IMG/VR virus record: IMGVR_UViG_3300042691_035156
Coordinates: 1 to 64,000 of that record
DNA: 64,000 bases
Source of the DNA: a virus
Direction: 5' to 3' (one strand)
Below the pieces are notes generated by a model, which was not told the origin of the DNA, did not search any database, and saw only the letters and a program-made list of their open reading frames with translations. Made by a program: the position numbers and the translations under genes. Of this stretch, positions 47,473 through 58,300 are shown in pieces. Position 1 is the first letter of the stretch, and each line of letters begins with the position of its first letter.

Positions 47473-47904
47473 TTAATTGTTTATATTTTTTTCAATATTG
47501 TCCAGCTTGCTCATCAGCATTGCTATCTTTGAAGAAACGACTAATGGTTTATAGTACTGAAGATAATCTTCTTCATATATTGCCACTTCATCAACAACAT
47601 ATTCCTCTTCATCTCGATCATAAGTCACCCTTTGTGCATATACGGTTATGTCAATGTCTCCATTTAAATAATAACCTGGGGTAGCGGCAGAGAGATCAAC
47701 ATCAATAAGAGAATTTATTTCTTCTATTTTTGATTCAATTTCGTCAACATTTTTTGCCAACCTTGCAACATCTAAAATCATTTGATCGTTATGTAGGTTT
47801 AGCATTTCGCTAGAAATAGGACCACTATACGGTTGCCTGTTCCTGGTAAAGTTTGGTTGAAATATGTTTTCTCTTTTATTGAAAAGCGAATATGAGTAAG
47901 GCAT
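47473..47904 (-). CDS. putative virion structural protein
   Basis: YSGPISSE motif shared with the 46195 ORF. Confidence 0.6.
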   Translation of the reverse strand: MPYSYSLFNKRENIFQPNFTRNRQPYSGPISSEMLNLHNDQMILDVARLAKNVDEIESKIEEINSLIDVDLSAATPGYYLNGDIDITVYAQRVTYDRDEEEYVVDEVAIYEEDYLQYYKPLVVSSKIAMLMSKLDNIEKNINN

Positions 47905-47911
47905 GATTCTC

Positions 47912-50107
47912 CTAATGCTTAAACTTTACCGTATAGGAAACTATGGATGGGGAGGAGCTATACGACTCTCCCCTAAGCATGTCTGCCCTAAGCCTAATGG
48001 CCTGAGGACCGTTTCCTGTATTGCTATAGTAGTAGACCTTTGAGCCTTCTTTTATTTCTTCTGTTCTTCTGTAGACAATTTCATAATTATTTTCATAATT
48101 AATTATAGAGTATACATTATCAATATTTGAATAATAGGTTCTTAAATCTTCAACTTTTACTTCATAAAGATAATTTTTAAATAATTTAACTCCAGGTATA
48201 GAAAGTATTGACTTATCTTTTAACAAAGCTATAGTGCCATTAAACGGCACTTGGACCCCAGAGGTGTTGTTTGTTGATTTATTGATAACAATTATAAGGT
48301 CGTTTCTACCTTGTTTTATCGGCCAAGTTAGGCTTGCACTCAAAACCCCTGGAGAAAGAGAAGAGTTAGCAGTTATGTCAACTCCATTAACATAGATTCT
48401 TATGTCCCAATACTGGGCAGCGAGATCTTTCAAAAGTGTCTCAGTAAGATTCAGTGAATTTTCTGAATATATATTAGTTGAAATATAAATACTTCCATAG
48501 GGAATTGATTGAGCTGTAAAAAAGTTTTGAGACAAGGGAACATCTCTGGAGAATGTTGTGTAAACGACGTCAGATCTTTCCCCTGTCAATACCTGCTGCC
48601 AACTTTCTTTATCAAGAGATACTTCTGCAGCCAAGTGTACTGTTAGTTGATTGTTGTCAACATTTTCTAAAATGTAAGAATCATATGGCCTTATGTCTTG
48701 AGGAAATTTGGTTAATCTATAAAGATTAAAATCAATATTTTGAGAATCGCTTGCATAGAAGTAATTGGTTATAGGATTGTTAAAAGTTTGTGATCTTGGA
48801 ATCTGATACATTACATTTCCAGTAGAAATTATATCTTCAGACTCACTTAAGAATATAGTGGACTCAACCAATTGAGAACCATTAAAGTTTATAACTGCTG
48901 GAGAGGTTGGATTTTTTGCGTTTGTAGGAGATATTGATGTCCAATTGTAGTCATATACATTTACTGCCGTTGGATTGTCTGGAGCAATGTAATACCTTAT
49001 ATTTGAGCCCTGAGGAATCTGATCTTCAACGCTTATGCTTACTGCATCTATTGTAAGCTTTGAGTTATCTGCAGATGGTAGTGACATAGGCTGGCTAACA
49101 AATATTGCGTTTGAATCGTAATATGGTGCAGTTATGACCAGTTCATCAATTCTAAAATCGTAATTATATACAACATCTTCGTTGTCCCTAGTGACATAGT
49201 CTGGCTCATCTTTTGTTAGATAGATCTCCACTGAATTAGATAATTGTGGGGTGAACGAAAAAGAAAATCTATCATAGTCTTTTGAGCTTGTTTTTGTATT
49301 GCTAGCTGACCTGCTTCTTTCATTTGGGTCAACAACAATAACTCCAATTGAAACGGGTTTTTGTGAACTTATTACTCCCTCTACCAGAGATATTGGCCCA
49401 ACAACACCAGAAACAGGAACGACTATCTTTAATGTACAAACACCAAGCGTCCTTGACGTGTGCTTATACGTCCACTGAGAATTTGTTAGTCCATTAAAAA
49501 CATTTCTAAAATCTACAGTGTCATCTTTGACCTGGGTTCCCTCAAACACTACTGACACATTTGCAGCGCTTGATGTATTGAGCAGGTTCCCCACATAGTC
49601 AAACAAACCAGAAGTAATTTTTGGTATTGTAACCTTTCTTGATTGAGTGTCAACATAGGCTGTAGTGTAGTTGAGATCAGTCAAGTTTGTATTGTTAAAG
49701 GCATTAGTTATACTAAAGTAAAAACCATCTGTATTTTTTATGGAAAAAAGATAATCGTCTACAGTTTTTTCAAGCTCTGCCCTTTTTGTTCTAAGAGATT
49801 CTAATCTCTTAGAATACGCTGTGACCACCTCATACAGCTTCTCTACATGCTCATGATAAGCTTCATATATTACGTCAATATTAAACAGCATGTGCACCAT
49901 TATTCTGTTTAACTTTTCTGCGTCTATTACAGAGTTGGTTGAAAGATCGTTGTATGGTACCGGAATCGAATTGCCTAAAGGAAATCTAGAAAAGTATCTT
50001 CCATAAAGAATGGAAACTTCGTTATCAGATGGTTGACCACCTAGGGCGTAGTACATCTTAAATATTGTTTCTATAAATCTTCTTTTTTGTATATCTGCGA
50101 TTGACAT
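47912..50107 (-). CDS. putative virion (baseplate/tail) protein
   Basis: Large beta-rich ORF; C-terminus SPSIVSYTVKF resembles the neighbour's TPIIYSYKIG. Confidence 0.65.
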   Translation of the reverse strand: MSIADIQKRRFIETIFKMYYALGGQPSDNEVSILYGRYFSRFPLGNSIPVPYNDLSTNSVIDAEKLNRIMVHMLFNIDVIYEAYHEHVEKLYEVVTAYSKRLESLRTKRAELEKTVDDYLFSIKNTDGFYFSITNAFNNTNLTDLNYTTAYVDTQSRKVTIPKITSGLFDYVGNLLNTSSAANVSVVFEGTQVKDDTVDFRNVFNGLTNSQWTYKHTSRTLGVCTLKIVVPVSGVVGPISLVEGVISSQKPVSIGVIVVDPNERSRSASNTKTSSKDYDRFSFSFTPQLSNSVEIYLTKDEPDYVTRDNEDVVYNYDFRIDELVITAPYYDSNAIFVSQPMSLPSADNSKLTIDAVSISVEDQIPQGSNIRYYIAPDNPTAVNVYDYNWTSISPTNAKNPTSPAVINFNGSQLVESTIFLSESEDIISTGNVMYQIPRSQTFNNPITNYFYASDSQNIDFNLYRLTKFPQDIRPYDSYILENVDNNQLTVHLAAEVSLDKESWQQVLTGERSDVVYTTFSRDVPLSQNFFTAQSIPYGSIYISTNIYSENSLNLTETLLKDLAAQYWDIRIYVNGVDITANSSLSPGVLSASLTWPIKQGRNDLIIVINKSTNNTSGVQVPFNGTIALLKDKSILSIPGVKLFKNYLYEVKVEDLRTYYSNIDNVYSIINYENNYEIVYRRTEEIKEGSKVYYYSNTGNGPQAIRLRADMLRGESYSSSPSIVSYTVKFKH

Positions 50108-50108
50108 A

Positions 50109-52637
50109 TTAGGTTACCTTCATTCCTATTTTATAGGAGTAGATTATGGGTGTACTTTTAACGTTTCTATCTTTTCTTAAGATCGCCCTAAATATTACTG
50201 AATTAATATTTTGTGGAACTTCTGGCGAATTAAAATAAGCTATTTGAGGAAGTGTGGCGATGTCAGAAAGGTTTTGATTAAAAGCTAAAACTTCAGGTTT
50301 ACCCTCAAACGCTCTTTCCTGAGGAGATATCTCTATCCACTTTAGGCCACCATCAACACTAATGTAGTAGTTTATTCTTGACTGTCCAACAACTTCTCCT
50401 TCAGAATTTGTTTCAACAGGTATATAATCTTCAACCTGAAGACTAAGAAGCTCAAGATTTCCATAAATGTAAAATGGTTTAGATATTATTTCAGATATAT
50501 CAGAGTAAGTTTCAAGGCCAACAAAAAGGTCTCTAATACCAACGCTTGCTCTTTTTGCTTTAAGGTATTCAAAATTTCTTTTTAAGAATAAATCTTTTGC
50601 CCTCTCAGCGTCTGCGGGTTCAGTGTAGTTTTGTTTGCTAACATTTTCTTCGGTGATAGTTATCTGTTGCTTGATAAAAAATGAATCCAATAAAGAAACA
50701 AGCTCTGTTTCTCCAGAGCTAATTGAAACAGTAAAAGAGTTTGCGTCTGCTGCAATAACATTGTAAACCCCCTTGTTTACAACAAGTTGATTCGACGTTG
50801 ATAGAGCCTTAATATAAACCCTATCTCCAGGAGATAGTCCATTGTTAGTGCTAGCAAAAACAGCTTCGTTATCTTCTGCGGTTACAGAAGTTATTGTCTT
50901 TCTTAAAGAATTCATATAAGAATTTAAAGACTGATCTTGAGGAAGAATAATGTGCAGAGCATTTCGATCATCCGTTAATGAAGAAATTATTGAATCAATG
51001 TAAGGCGAATTGACTTCGTATTTTGCAGCTCGTGATGGATCTGAAACAAAAACTTTCACCGGAATATTCTCTTGATTTATTCTGTCATTTGAAAAATAAT
51101 AACTTTGATTTGGTGTAGCACCATACTCTGGTGTAGCACCATAAGTTGGTGTAGCACCATGAGTTGGTGTAAATTTAATTCTGGTAAAGCTCTTTGATGA
51201 CTGCTGCCAATACTTTACTCTTACGGGCAATACTTCAGATGTTGACGACTTTATTCTTTCTGGGCCAATTATTGGTGGCACTACAGTATCTCTGTTCCAG
51301 GAAACGTCTTCTGCCCTGTAGTTTGCATTGTCCGCAACAACCTCTACTGGAGAAAACCTTGTTTGCCCCCTCCATGTTTGCGATTGGGTTGCAGCTGTAG
51401 CAGCCGCTTCGGTCTCATAGGGAGTCCAGTAAGCATGTTTTATGGTTACATCGTTGAACTGGGATTGCTCAAATGTGATAAAAACTTTATTTGCTTTTAT
51501 TCTTGGGAACCTAAAAACTCCCTTGTTATAAAAGTAACTTTCTTTTAAAGACAAGGAGGGATACGCAATATCCGAACCAATAAACACTGGGTTGTCCGCT
51601 GTTACAAGCGGGGTTATAACATTGTCTTTTTCGTTATAAATTTTAATAGAGGATATTTTAATATTTTTTATAACATCAATATTATCGTAACCAAAAAATG
51701 GAATTATTGATATATGATTAATATCTTCGCCATTTCTGTTTCTTGTTACAATTTCAACAGTTAACTTTAATGGCTTTGACGAGTCAAAGTTTGCCCAATT
51801 AATATATCTTTGATTTGCTCCAGATTGAGAAAGTCCGTACTGGAATTCATAATCGGACCTTTCTGCTGATACTGGAACATTAAGAGCCTCATATTCAAAA
51901 TAAGTTACAGGGCTTTCGTCAACCATAGCGAGTAGGTTTGACCTAAGAAGAGCGTTGTCTTTTTCATACAAAAATGGATTGCCATCGTCTTCATCTTCAA
52001 AGTAAAGATGATAACTGCCGTTTAATCCATTTGATATATCAAGATAAGACACTTCTCTGTTTTGTTCTCCATTATAATTTTGATTAATTATATTAATGTT
52101 TCCAGAAGCTTTCTTGATATTTCTTCTACTCAAGCAGGCGTACCCGTCGGTTACGTCGGGCATGTTCCCGTTTTTTATTTTTGAAGAATCAATTAAATCT
52201 AAATTATTAAAAGTGTCTCCAACATAAGTCATATTTGCTGCAGAACTATTCGAGTACATTTCAAGTGCAGATATTTTTGATCGTATCCTTGATACTAGAT
52301 TTTTTTCTGCCTCAATTTCATTTGTAATTTGATTAAATGAGTTAACATAATTTGCTACCAATGAGTCAAATTGATACATTATGTTATTCAAATCAGAAGA
52401 CATGTCTTGATTAAATCTGTTTAACTTTTCTGAAGAAGGAATATCACCTTTGTTCAAAAAAGGAATGGTTGCAATAGGTTTTCCTATAGACCTTTCTATT
52501 TCGCTAAGAAGTTTCCTGTATTGTTTATCGAACTCTTGTGGATCCGAGTTTTTATTTTGAACGTAGTTAAAAACAAATTCTTGAACCTTTGCAATTATCT
52601 GAGCGTAGGCTAGGGTGTCGGTTGAAAGTTGCGCCAT
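50109..52637 (-). CDS. putative virion (baseplate/tail) protein
   Basis: Large ORF; YYISVDGG..W segment; GATP repeats. Confidence 0.65.
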   Translation of the reverse strand: MAQLSTDTLAYAQIIAKVQEFVFNYVQNKNSDPQEFDKQYRKLLSEIERSIGKPIATIPFLNKGDIPSSEKLNRFNQDMSSDLNNIMYQFDSLVANYVNSFNQITNEIEAEKNLVSRIRSKISALEMYSNSSAANMTYVGDTFNNLDLIDSSKIKNGNMPDVTDGYACLSRRNIKKASGNINIINQNYNGEQNREVSYLDISNGLNGSYHLYFEDEDDGNPFLYEKDNALLRSNLLAMVDESPVTYFEYEALNVPVSAERSDYEFQYGLSQSGANQRYINWANFDSSKPLKLTVEIVTRNRNGEDINHISIIPFFGYDNIDVIKNIKISSIKIYNEKDNVITPLVTADNPVFIGSDIAYPSLSLKESYFYNKGVFRFPRIKANKVFITFEQSQFNDVTIKHAYWTPYETEAAATAATQSQTWRGQTRFSPVEVVADNANYRAEDVSWNRDTVVPPIIGPERIKSSTSEVLPVRVKYWQQSSKSFTRIKFTPTHGATPTYGATPEYGATPNQSYYFSNDRINQENIPVKVFVSDPSRAAKYEVNSPYIDSIISSLTDDRNALHIILPQDQSLNSYMNSLRKTITSVTAEDNEAVFASTNNGLSPGDRVYIKALSTSNQLVVNKGVYNVIAADANSFTVSISSGETELVSLLDSFFIKQQITITEENVSKQNYTEPADAERAKDLFLKRNFEYLKAKRASVGIRDLFVGLETYSDISEIISKPFYIYGNLELLSLQVEDYIPVETNSEGEVVGQSRINYYISVDGGLKWIEISPQERAFEGKPEVLAFNQNLSDIATLPQIAYFNSPEVPQNINSVIFRAILRKDRNVKSTPIIYSYKIGMKVT
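51111..51170 (-). repeat. 18-bp tandem repeat encoding (H/Y)GATPx x3
   Basis: TGGTGTAGCACCAT core repeated three times. Confidence 0.9.
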
Positions 52638-52645
52638 GTTAGTTC

Positions 52646-55300
52646 CTAATTAGATTTGTTCTTAAATAAATTATCATATTTCATTAGTCTGAGCAAGGTG
52701 TTATCCCTTGTTTCTGAAGAAAACTTAAATATTAACCTATCAACAGAGTAGTTCTGCTCAGAGTTGTTAAGGGACCTAAAAACAACTCTGTATCTGAAAG
52801 AGTCTGGAATATACTGATAAAGAACTCTAAATGGTTTGTTGATTTCTTTATTAAATAGTATGGTATCAGAATAGTGAATAAACAAAACATCGTCAGTTTC
52901 ATAAAATGATTCAATTTTATTATCTAGTGTATAATTAGTTATATTAATAGCCCTAGACCCATCGTCAAAGAAGACCTTTACTGGAGAATAGTTTGAATAG
53001 TCTGCTCCAATAGCAGAAGTTATTGACGATGTAACTGTTCCAGAATAATTTGAATAAGCGCTATTTACCAGTTTTGATCTATCAATATATGGGTCTTCAA
53101 GAAGTCTTACCCTATTCCCTTGCGAAGTGGAGCTAAACCTTTCTCCATTGATCCCATTAACGTTTGGAGTTGCTAGAACCGGTGTTGATAAACCATTTGG
53201 ATTAAGCTGTATTTCACGAACTGAATCAATATACTTTGGTGTGTACGAAACAAAATACCTAGAAGATGGGTTGAACTGAAGTATCTTTAAAGACCTTTGA
53301 TTTACAATATAGGAACCAGGCTCTCTTCTTTCTCCGTTAGAATACATAACGATTGATTCTTCTAGTGGATCAAACCTGAGTGTGCATTCTCCATTCGAGT
53401 TTGGAACCAGAAGCTCTGACCTAATAGACGTTTCGCCATACGGCATTATGGGAATCCAGTTTGACTCTGAGGTTGGAAACTCGCTTGTTGTTACACTAAA
53501 CTCAACTGACGTTGCGTCTTTTGATGGATCGTCTTGAAAAAACAAAAGTTCTTCAAAATAGTTTGCCAACATCTTTGTTTTCAATGGTCTTCCATTTGTG
53601 TTAATTTTTTTACTAACAAAAACAGATTTAGTTGGCATTACCTGCGCCGTGACAAGTTTTTCAAAAAAGAATATACCGCCAATTGATATGTTGTATTCAT
53701 ACATGTTCGTTGCTTCTGTTGCATTCAACATCTGGGTAGCATCTTCTTTTGACAATCCGCCAATAGTTTGGGAAATAAAGTGAAGATTTTTATCAACCGT
53801 GTTAGAGTCTCCAACTGGCATTAGCCCACTAGTAACCATATTTCTAACTGGCTTAGTTTTATCTGTTATGTTGGATTCAATGTAAACTGAAGAGTTTTGA
53901 GTCCTAAGTTTTGCACCTAAAGTATAGGATATAATTGAGAATATAATGTTTGAAAACATAGACGTATTTTTAAACTTATTAAAAGAGTCTAGGTCGGAAA
54001 AATACGTGTTTCTTCCGAGCTCTTCAACAACTCCAAAATTAGTATCTGACAAATTAGTTGGATAATAATTGGTGTAATTATAAGAATATATTTTTTTATT
54101 TCTTAACAAGAATGTTTTTTCTGTATCTTTTAAGAAAAACTTAACAACGAAGTCCTGCAAAGAATCGTGCGAATTGTTTCTTCTTTCTTTAACGGAGTTG
54201 ACTATTGATGAAATCATTTTTGAATTTATTTCAGACTGAACAGGAGAAATTTTTGTTCTTAAATAATTTACTTGTGCCAGTATAATTGTTATTGATTTAA
54301 TTATGTGGCTGTTATTCAAGTCAATATCAGAATTTTTTGATATTGTAACAGGACTGGTTAAAACTGGTTTCTTTACAAAAGTTCCTGTACTTGATCCAAT
54401 ATTTTGTGAATCTTCAGTTTCTATAATAATTTGAGATACTTGCATTCCAACACTGTAGTTTGGCACTAGTCTTATTCTTGATAATGATATTGGGGCAACA
54501 AAATCTACGTTAATCGCAACTTGAGCCGAGGGCTGAGTAATTACATTGTTTTTGTAGTTTATATATTTTTCTGAATCTAAAAGAGATTGTTTTAGTATAA
54601 ACGGAGTTTTTGCAGAAATGCTCCAAGATTTAGAATTAGTGTTATTGAGTACGTTGTTGATTCCTGTGTCACTTGAAATATATTCGCTAGGAAAATTGGT
54701 TTCATAGGTTATGCTTCTAATGTTTGACTTATTAACCGGCACTAACGAAAGTTCGTAATCTGAGGAATAGTTGAGTTTACCAGTTGATTGATTTACGTGA
54801 GCTGTCATATTTGCGCCGAATGGCACTCCATCCCTGTCTGGAATGCTCAGTGTTGAGTCTTCATTTATAAAAGAGTTTTGATCACTATCAAAATTTTCTA
54901 TAAAAGAAGAATTGTACAAATCATCTTCTCCTGAAATAAAAGAGTAGTTTTGTATATAAGATTCTAGATACTCAATATCTTTTTCAAGTTTTTGCAATTC
55001 TCCGCCAAACAAGTTTGTCATAGCCATTCCCATGATGGAAAGAGAATTAGAGATATCAAATTCGCTTTTAACCCTTAAGTCAATGTCTCGGAACATATCG
55101 ATTAAAGTTTCTCGCTGAACGGTTTCAAGCTGTCTAATAATTCTAGGAGAATAGTCAGCAGAAGCGGTAAAAGAAGAAAGCTTTTCTACCAGTCTTCCTA
55201 TTTCAACTTTTTCAGAACTAACCTCAGAAAGGACAGACGCTATTGACATCCTAGATTGTCTACTAAAAAGCTTAATATGATCACTAAGTTGATTTAACAT
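52646..55300 (-). CDS. putative virion structural protein
   Basis: 884-aa ORF in the structural block. Confidence 0.65.
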   Translation of the reverse strand: MLNQLSDHIKLFSRQSRMSIASVLSEVSSEKVEIGRLVEKLSSFTASADYSPRIIRQLETVQRETLIDMFRDIDLRVKSEFDISNSLSIMGMAMTNLFGGELQKLEKDIEYLESYIQNYSFISGEDDLYNSSFIENFDSDQNSFINEDSTLSIPDRDGVPFGANMTAHVNQSTGKLNYSSDYELSLVPVNKSNIRSITYETNFPSEYISSDTGINNVLNNTNSKSWSISAKTPFILKQSLLDSEKYINYKNNVITQPSAQVAINVDFVAPISLSRIRLVPNYSVGMQVSQIIIETEDSQNIGSSTGTFVKKPVLTSPVTISKNSDIDLNNSHIIKSITIILAQVNYLRTKISPVQSEINSKMISSIVNSVKERRNNSHDSLQDFVVKFFLKDTEKTFLLRNKKIYSYNYTNYYPTNLSDTNFGVVEELGRNTYFSDLDSFNKFKNTSMFSNIIFSIISYTLGAKLRTQNSSVYIESNITDKTKPVRNMVTSGLMPVGDSNTVDKNLHFISQTIGGLSKEDATQMLNATEATNMYEYNISIGGIFFFEKLVTAQVMPTKSVFVSKKINTNGRPLKTKMLANYFEELLFFQDDPSKDATSVEFSVTTSEFPTSESNWIPIMPYGETSIRSELLVPNSNGECTLRFDPLEESIVMYSNGERREPGSYIVNQRSLKILQFNPSSRYFVSYTPKYIDSVREIQLNPNGLSTPVLATPNVNGINGERFSSTSQGNRVRLLEDPYIDRSKLVNSAYSNYSGTVTSSITSAIGADYSNYSPVKVFFDDGSRAINITNYTLDNKIESFYETDDVLFIHYSDTILFNKEINKPFRVLYQYIPDSFRYRVVFRSLNNSEQNYSVDRLIFKFSSETRDNTLLRLMKYDNLFKNKSN

Positions 55301-58300
55301 CTAGATCGTTCTCCAGTCATTTCCTTCTAGGTCTTGAATATCAAAGCTTACACCTGCAGTAAGATTTCCTCTTACAATTGCATAAATCTCTTCTTCTGAA
55401 GTAAAGTGGTCTTTTACTTCTTTTGGAATTCTTACAATTACGTATCCGCCATTTGGATATGTATAACCCTTTCCTGACTGTATGTCGGCAAATGACAAAA
55501 TATTACTATTTTCTTTTGACAACTTCTTTGCATCTTGAGATCCGGAGATGCCTCCACCTTTTACTCTCAAATCTTTTATTGAAATGTTTTCAAAAGAGTA
55601 TTTGTTAATCACATTAATAGTTGCTATATGCAATGCTAGAGGATCGTAATTTTCATGGCCGGCAACGAAAGTTGAGTAATCATATGTCCAGTCAATTACT
55701 CTTCCATCTTCAAACTCTTCTTCGTTAATATAATTCATGCCGTCAAAATATTCAACTAATTTTGGACTAATAAAAATATAAACAGGTTTTGATATACCGC
55801 TTTCGCTAAATGGGTTTAGGGGAATCTCTCTTCCTTCAACATGCCTTAATAAGATGTTGGGTGACTTTGTAACGTAGTCTATTTTAATATTATAAGGACT
55901 TGAAGGAACTATTTCTCTTCTAAAAAAAACATCTCCGGTATGTTTGTTGAAATCAATAATTTCATTTTGATCTATTTCTTCCCATTGATTTGTTTCTGCG
56001 TTCTTTATCCTAACCTTCAGCCAAGGAAGTGATGGGTTAGCGTCGGTATATCTTGAATCAATAGAAGCTTTGTTTATTTGATTTTGATAAGAATGTATAG
56101 AACCAAATCTAGTTCTTATCTGATTGTCGGCAACTACTATAGGATGCTCATTAAAAACATCTTCATAACCTGCACCAAAAATGTTTGAGTAATTTAATTT
56201 CAAATTAGTTGTGTCGTACGTGCATCTAAGCTTTTTTCCGACATGGTTTTTGAGATAGTTTGAATAGTTGTTTTCTGGTATAGATATTTCTTTAAAAAAC
56301 TTTCCATACCCAATTCCAATAAACCATGAATCAAATTTTGACAAATTATTTGGTGGTGGATATACGCCAATTTTTGGTCTACCAAAACTCTTAACAGAAT
56401 ATAGTGGAGCAATTATTTTATTTGGAAGAGCAAAATAAGAAAAGTCTGCTTCAACATTAGATATTGTTGCTCCATTTCCTTTTTCTCCGTCAGCGTCTAC
56501 GGCGAGAAGGCCAACATAAAAAGCGTTCGGACCACCAGTTTCTGGGTTAATATAATCAGAATATGTTATAGTATTTCCGTAAAATCTTCTTGTTTGAACA
56601 TTATAGAATTGCCATATTAGACCATATGTTGGAGGAGCAGAGTTTTCTCCCCACAATAGTTTGATCAATCCAAAAGATATATCTCTGCCTTCTGGAGACC
56701 TAATTATTGACTCAAAATTTGGAAAACCTATTGGCCTACCTTCTGAATCGCTTAGAACAACCAGTCCATCAAGAGCAGAAATAGTTGAAGGAGTTTGCCT
56801 TGCCGGAACAGTTGGGTCATCGGCGTCTTTTATCCAATAGTTTTGTATTGGAGATACAACGCTAAAATCCTCACTATAAAAAGATTCTCCATTTGCAGCT
56901 GAAAAAAAGAACTTGTTTGTTGTTAAATCATTTTTAAATGCATAGACCGAAAATTCCAAAACACTAACATTTGATTCTTCTTCGGTGTTTGTTTTTCGTG
57001 CTTGAGTTATTAATGGCAGTTCATTTAAAACAATCTTATTTGAATTTGTTGTTTCAAGAACAAAATTTATATTACCATCATTTGATGCATAAGAAATTGT
57101 TGGATTTTTATTTATACCCTCTTCCAATATATAAAGAGGTGTTTCCTGAGAAATGCCAGGTATAGATATTGCTAAGCTTCCGACAGGATCTATTTCTGGT
57201 ATGGAAACTTCTGGAGCCCCTATGCTTCTGAGATTTTCTGTATCAACAAATACTGAATCAAAGTATATGTCAGTTATTTGTGGAACAGCTGAAGCTGTTG
57301 ATGTTGAATGATTTAAGTCAAGATAAGAGTCGCCATTTTGATTTATGTTTATCCTACCTTTTATCTTGCCAGTTACTGCAGCAGAAAAAGTTCCGTTTTC
57401 CTCAAAGGGAACATCAACAAGACTTGAAGAAGTTGTAGTAATATTCATTTCTAAATTTCTCAAAGAGAAACCTTCGGCATTTGGACCAAGACCGGATATT
57501 GATCCACCTTGGACTTTTAGCATTATGAACTTTGCTCCGACTATGTTTGGAACAGATATTTCTTTTGTTCCGTTTGCGCCAATTGATAGGTTCAAACTTC
57601 TTGAATATATTGGCTTTATTTTTGCTACGTCAGGAACTATATGCCTGGTTTGAGAAAGGTCATTAGAATAGACTTTAATATCGAGTATTTGAGACGCCCA
57701 CGAACCTGCCCTTACTCTAACTGAATGTAATTGAGTTGCATTTTCTGGAACCTTTACCAATATGTAGTCAACAATGGAGCTTGGTCCAGCAGTACCAGTA
57801 AAGCTTATTCTTCTATACTCCGTTTTGCCCACGTTAGATATATCAGAATACTGAACAGCTCTATCAATGTAAGCTTGGATGTCTGCATCTTTTGATGCTG
57901 CTCTTTCTCTTTGGAAAGCTGTGGGATTTGTTCTTTTCAGATTGAGCCAATAAATTGCTAGAACAGATTTTGTTTCTGAGTCAACTATGCCATCAACAAA
58001 GCTTTGGCTTTTTGCTGCTTGGAAAGCAACAACTTCTGCCGCAGTTTTTGGTCCATATACTCCATCTACTCTAAGTTTTGCACCGTTTTTATTTAAAGTA
58101 TATTGTATGTATTTAACATATGAATTCTTTACAGTGATAGCTGTGGTTCTTGCCGTGGTTGATGCACCAGATGTGGTTGAAGAAGAAGAATCAACCACTG
58201 AAGGAATTGTTTCAGTTATTGCCTCATAAAGTGTGGGGTAAGCCTTATTGAACTCTCTTAAAATGAATCCTACACCCGCTCCTTTTAGGTATGCATACGG

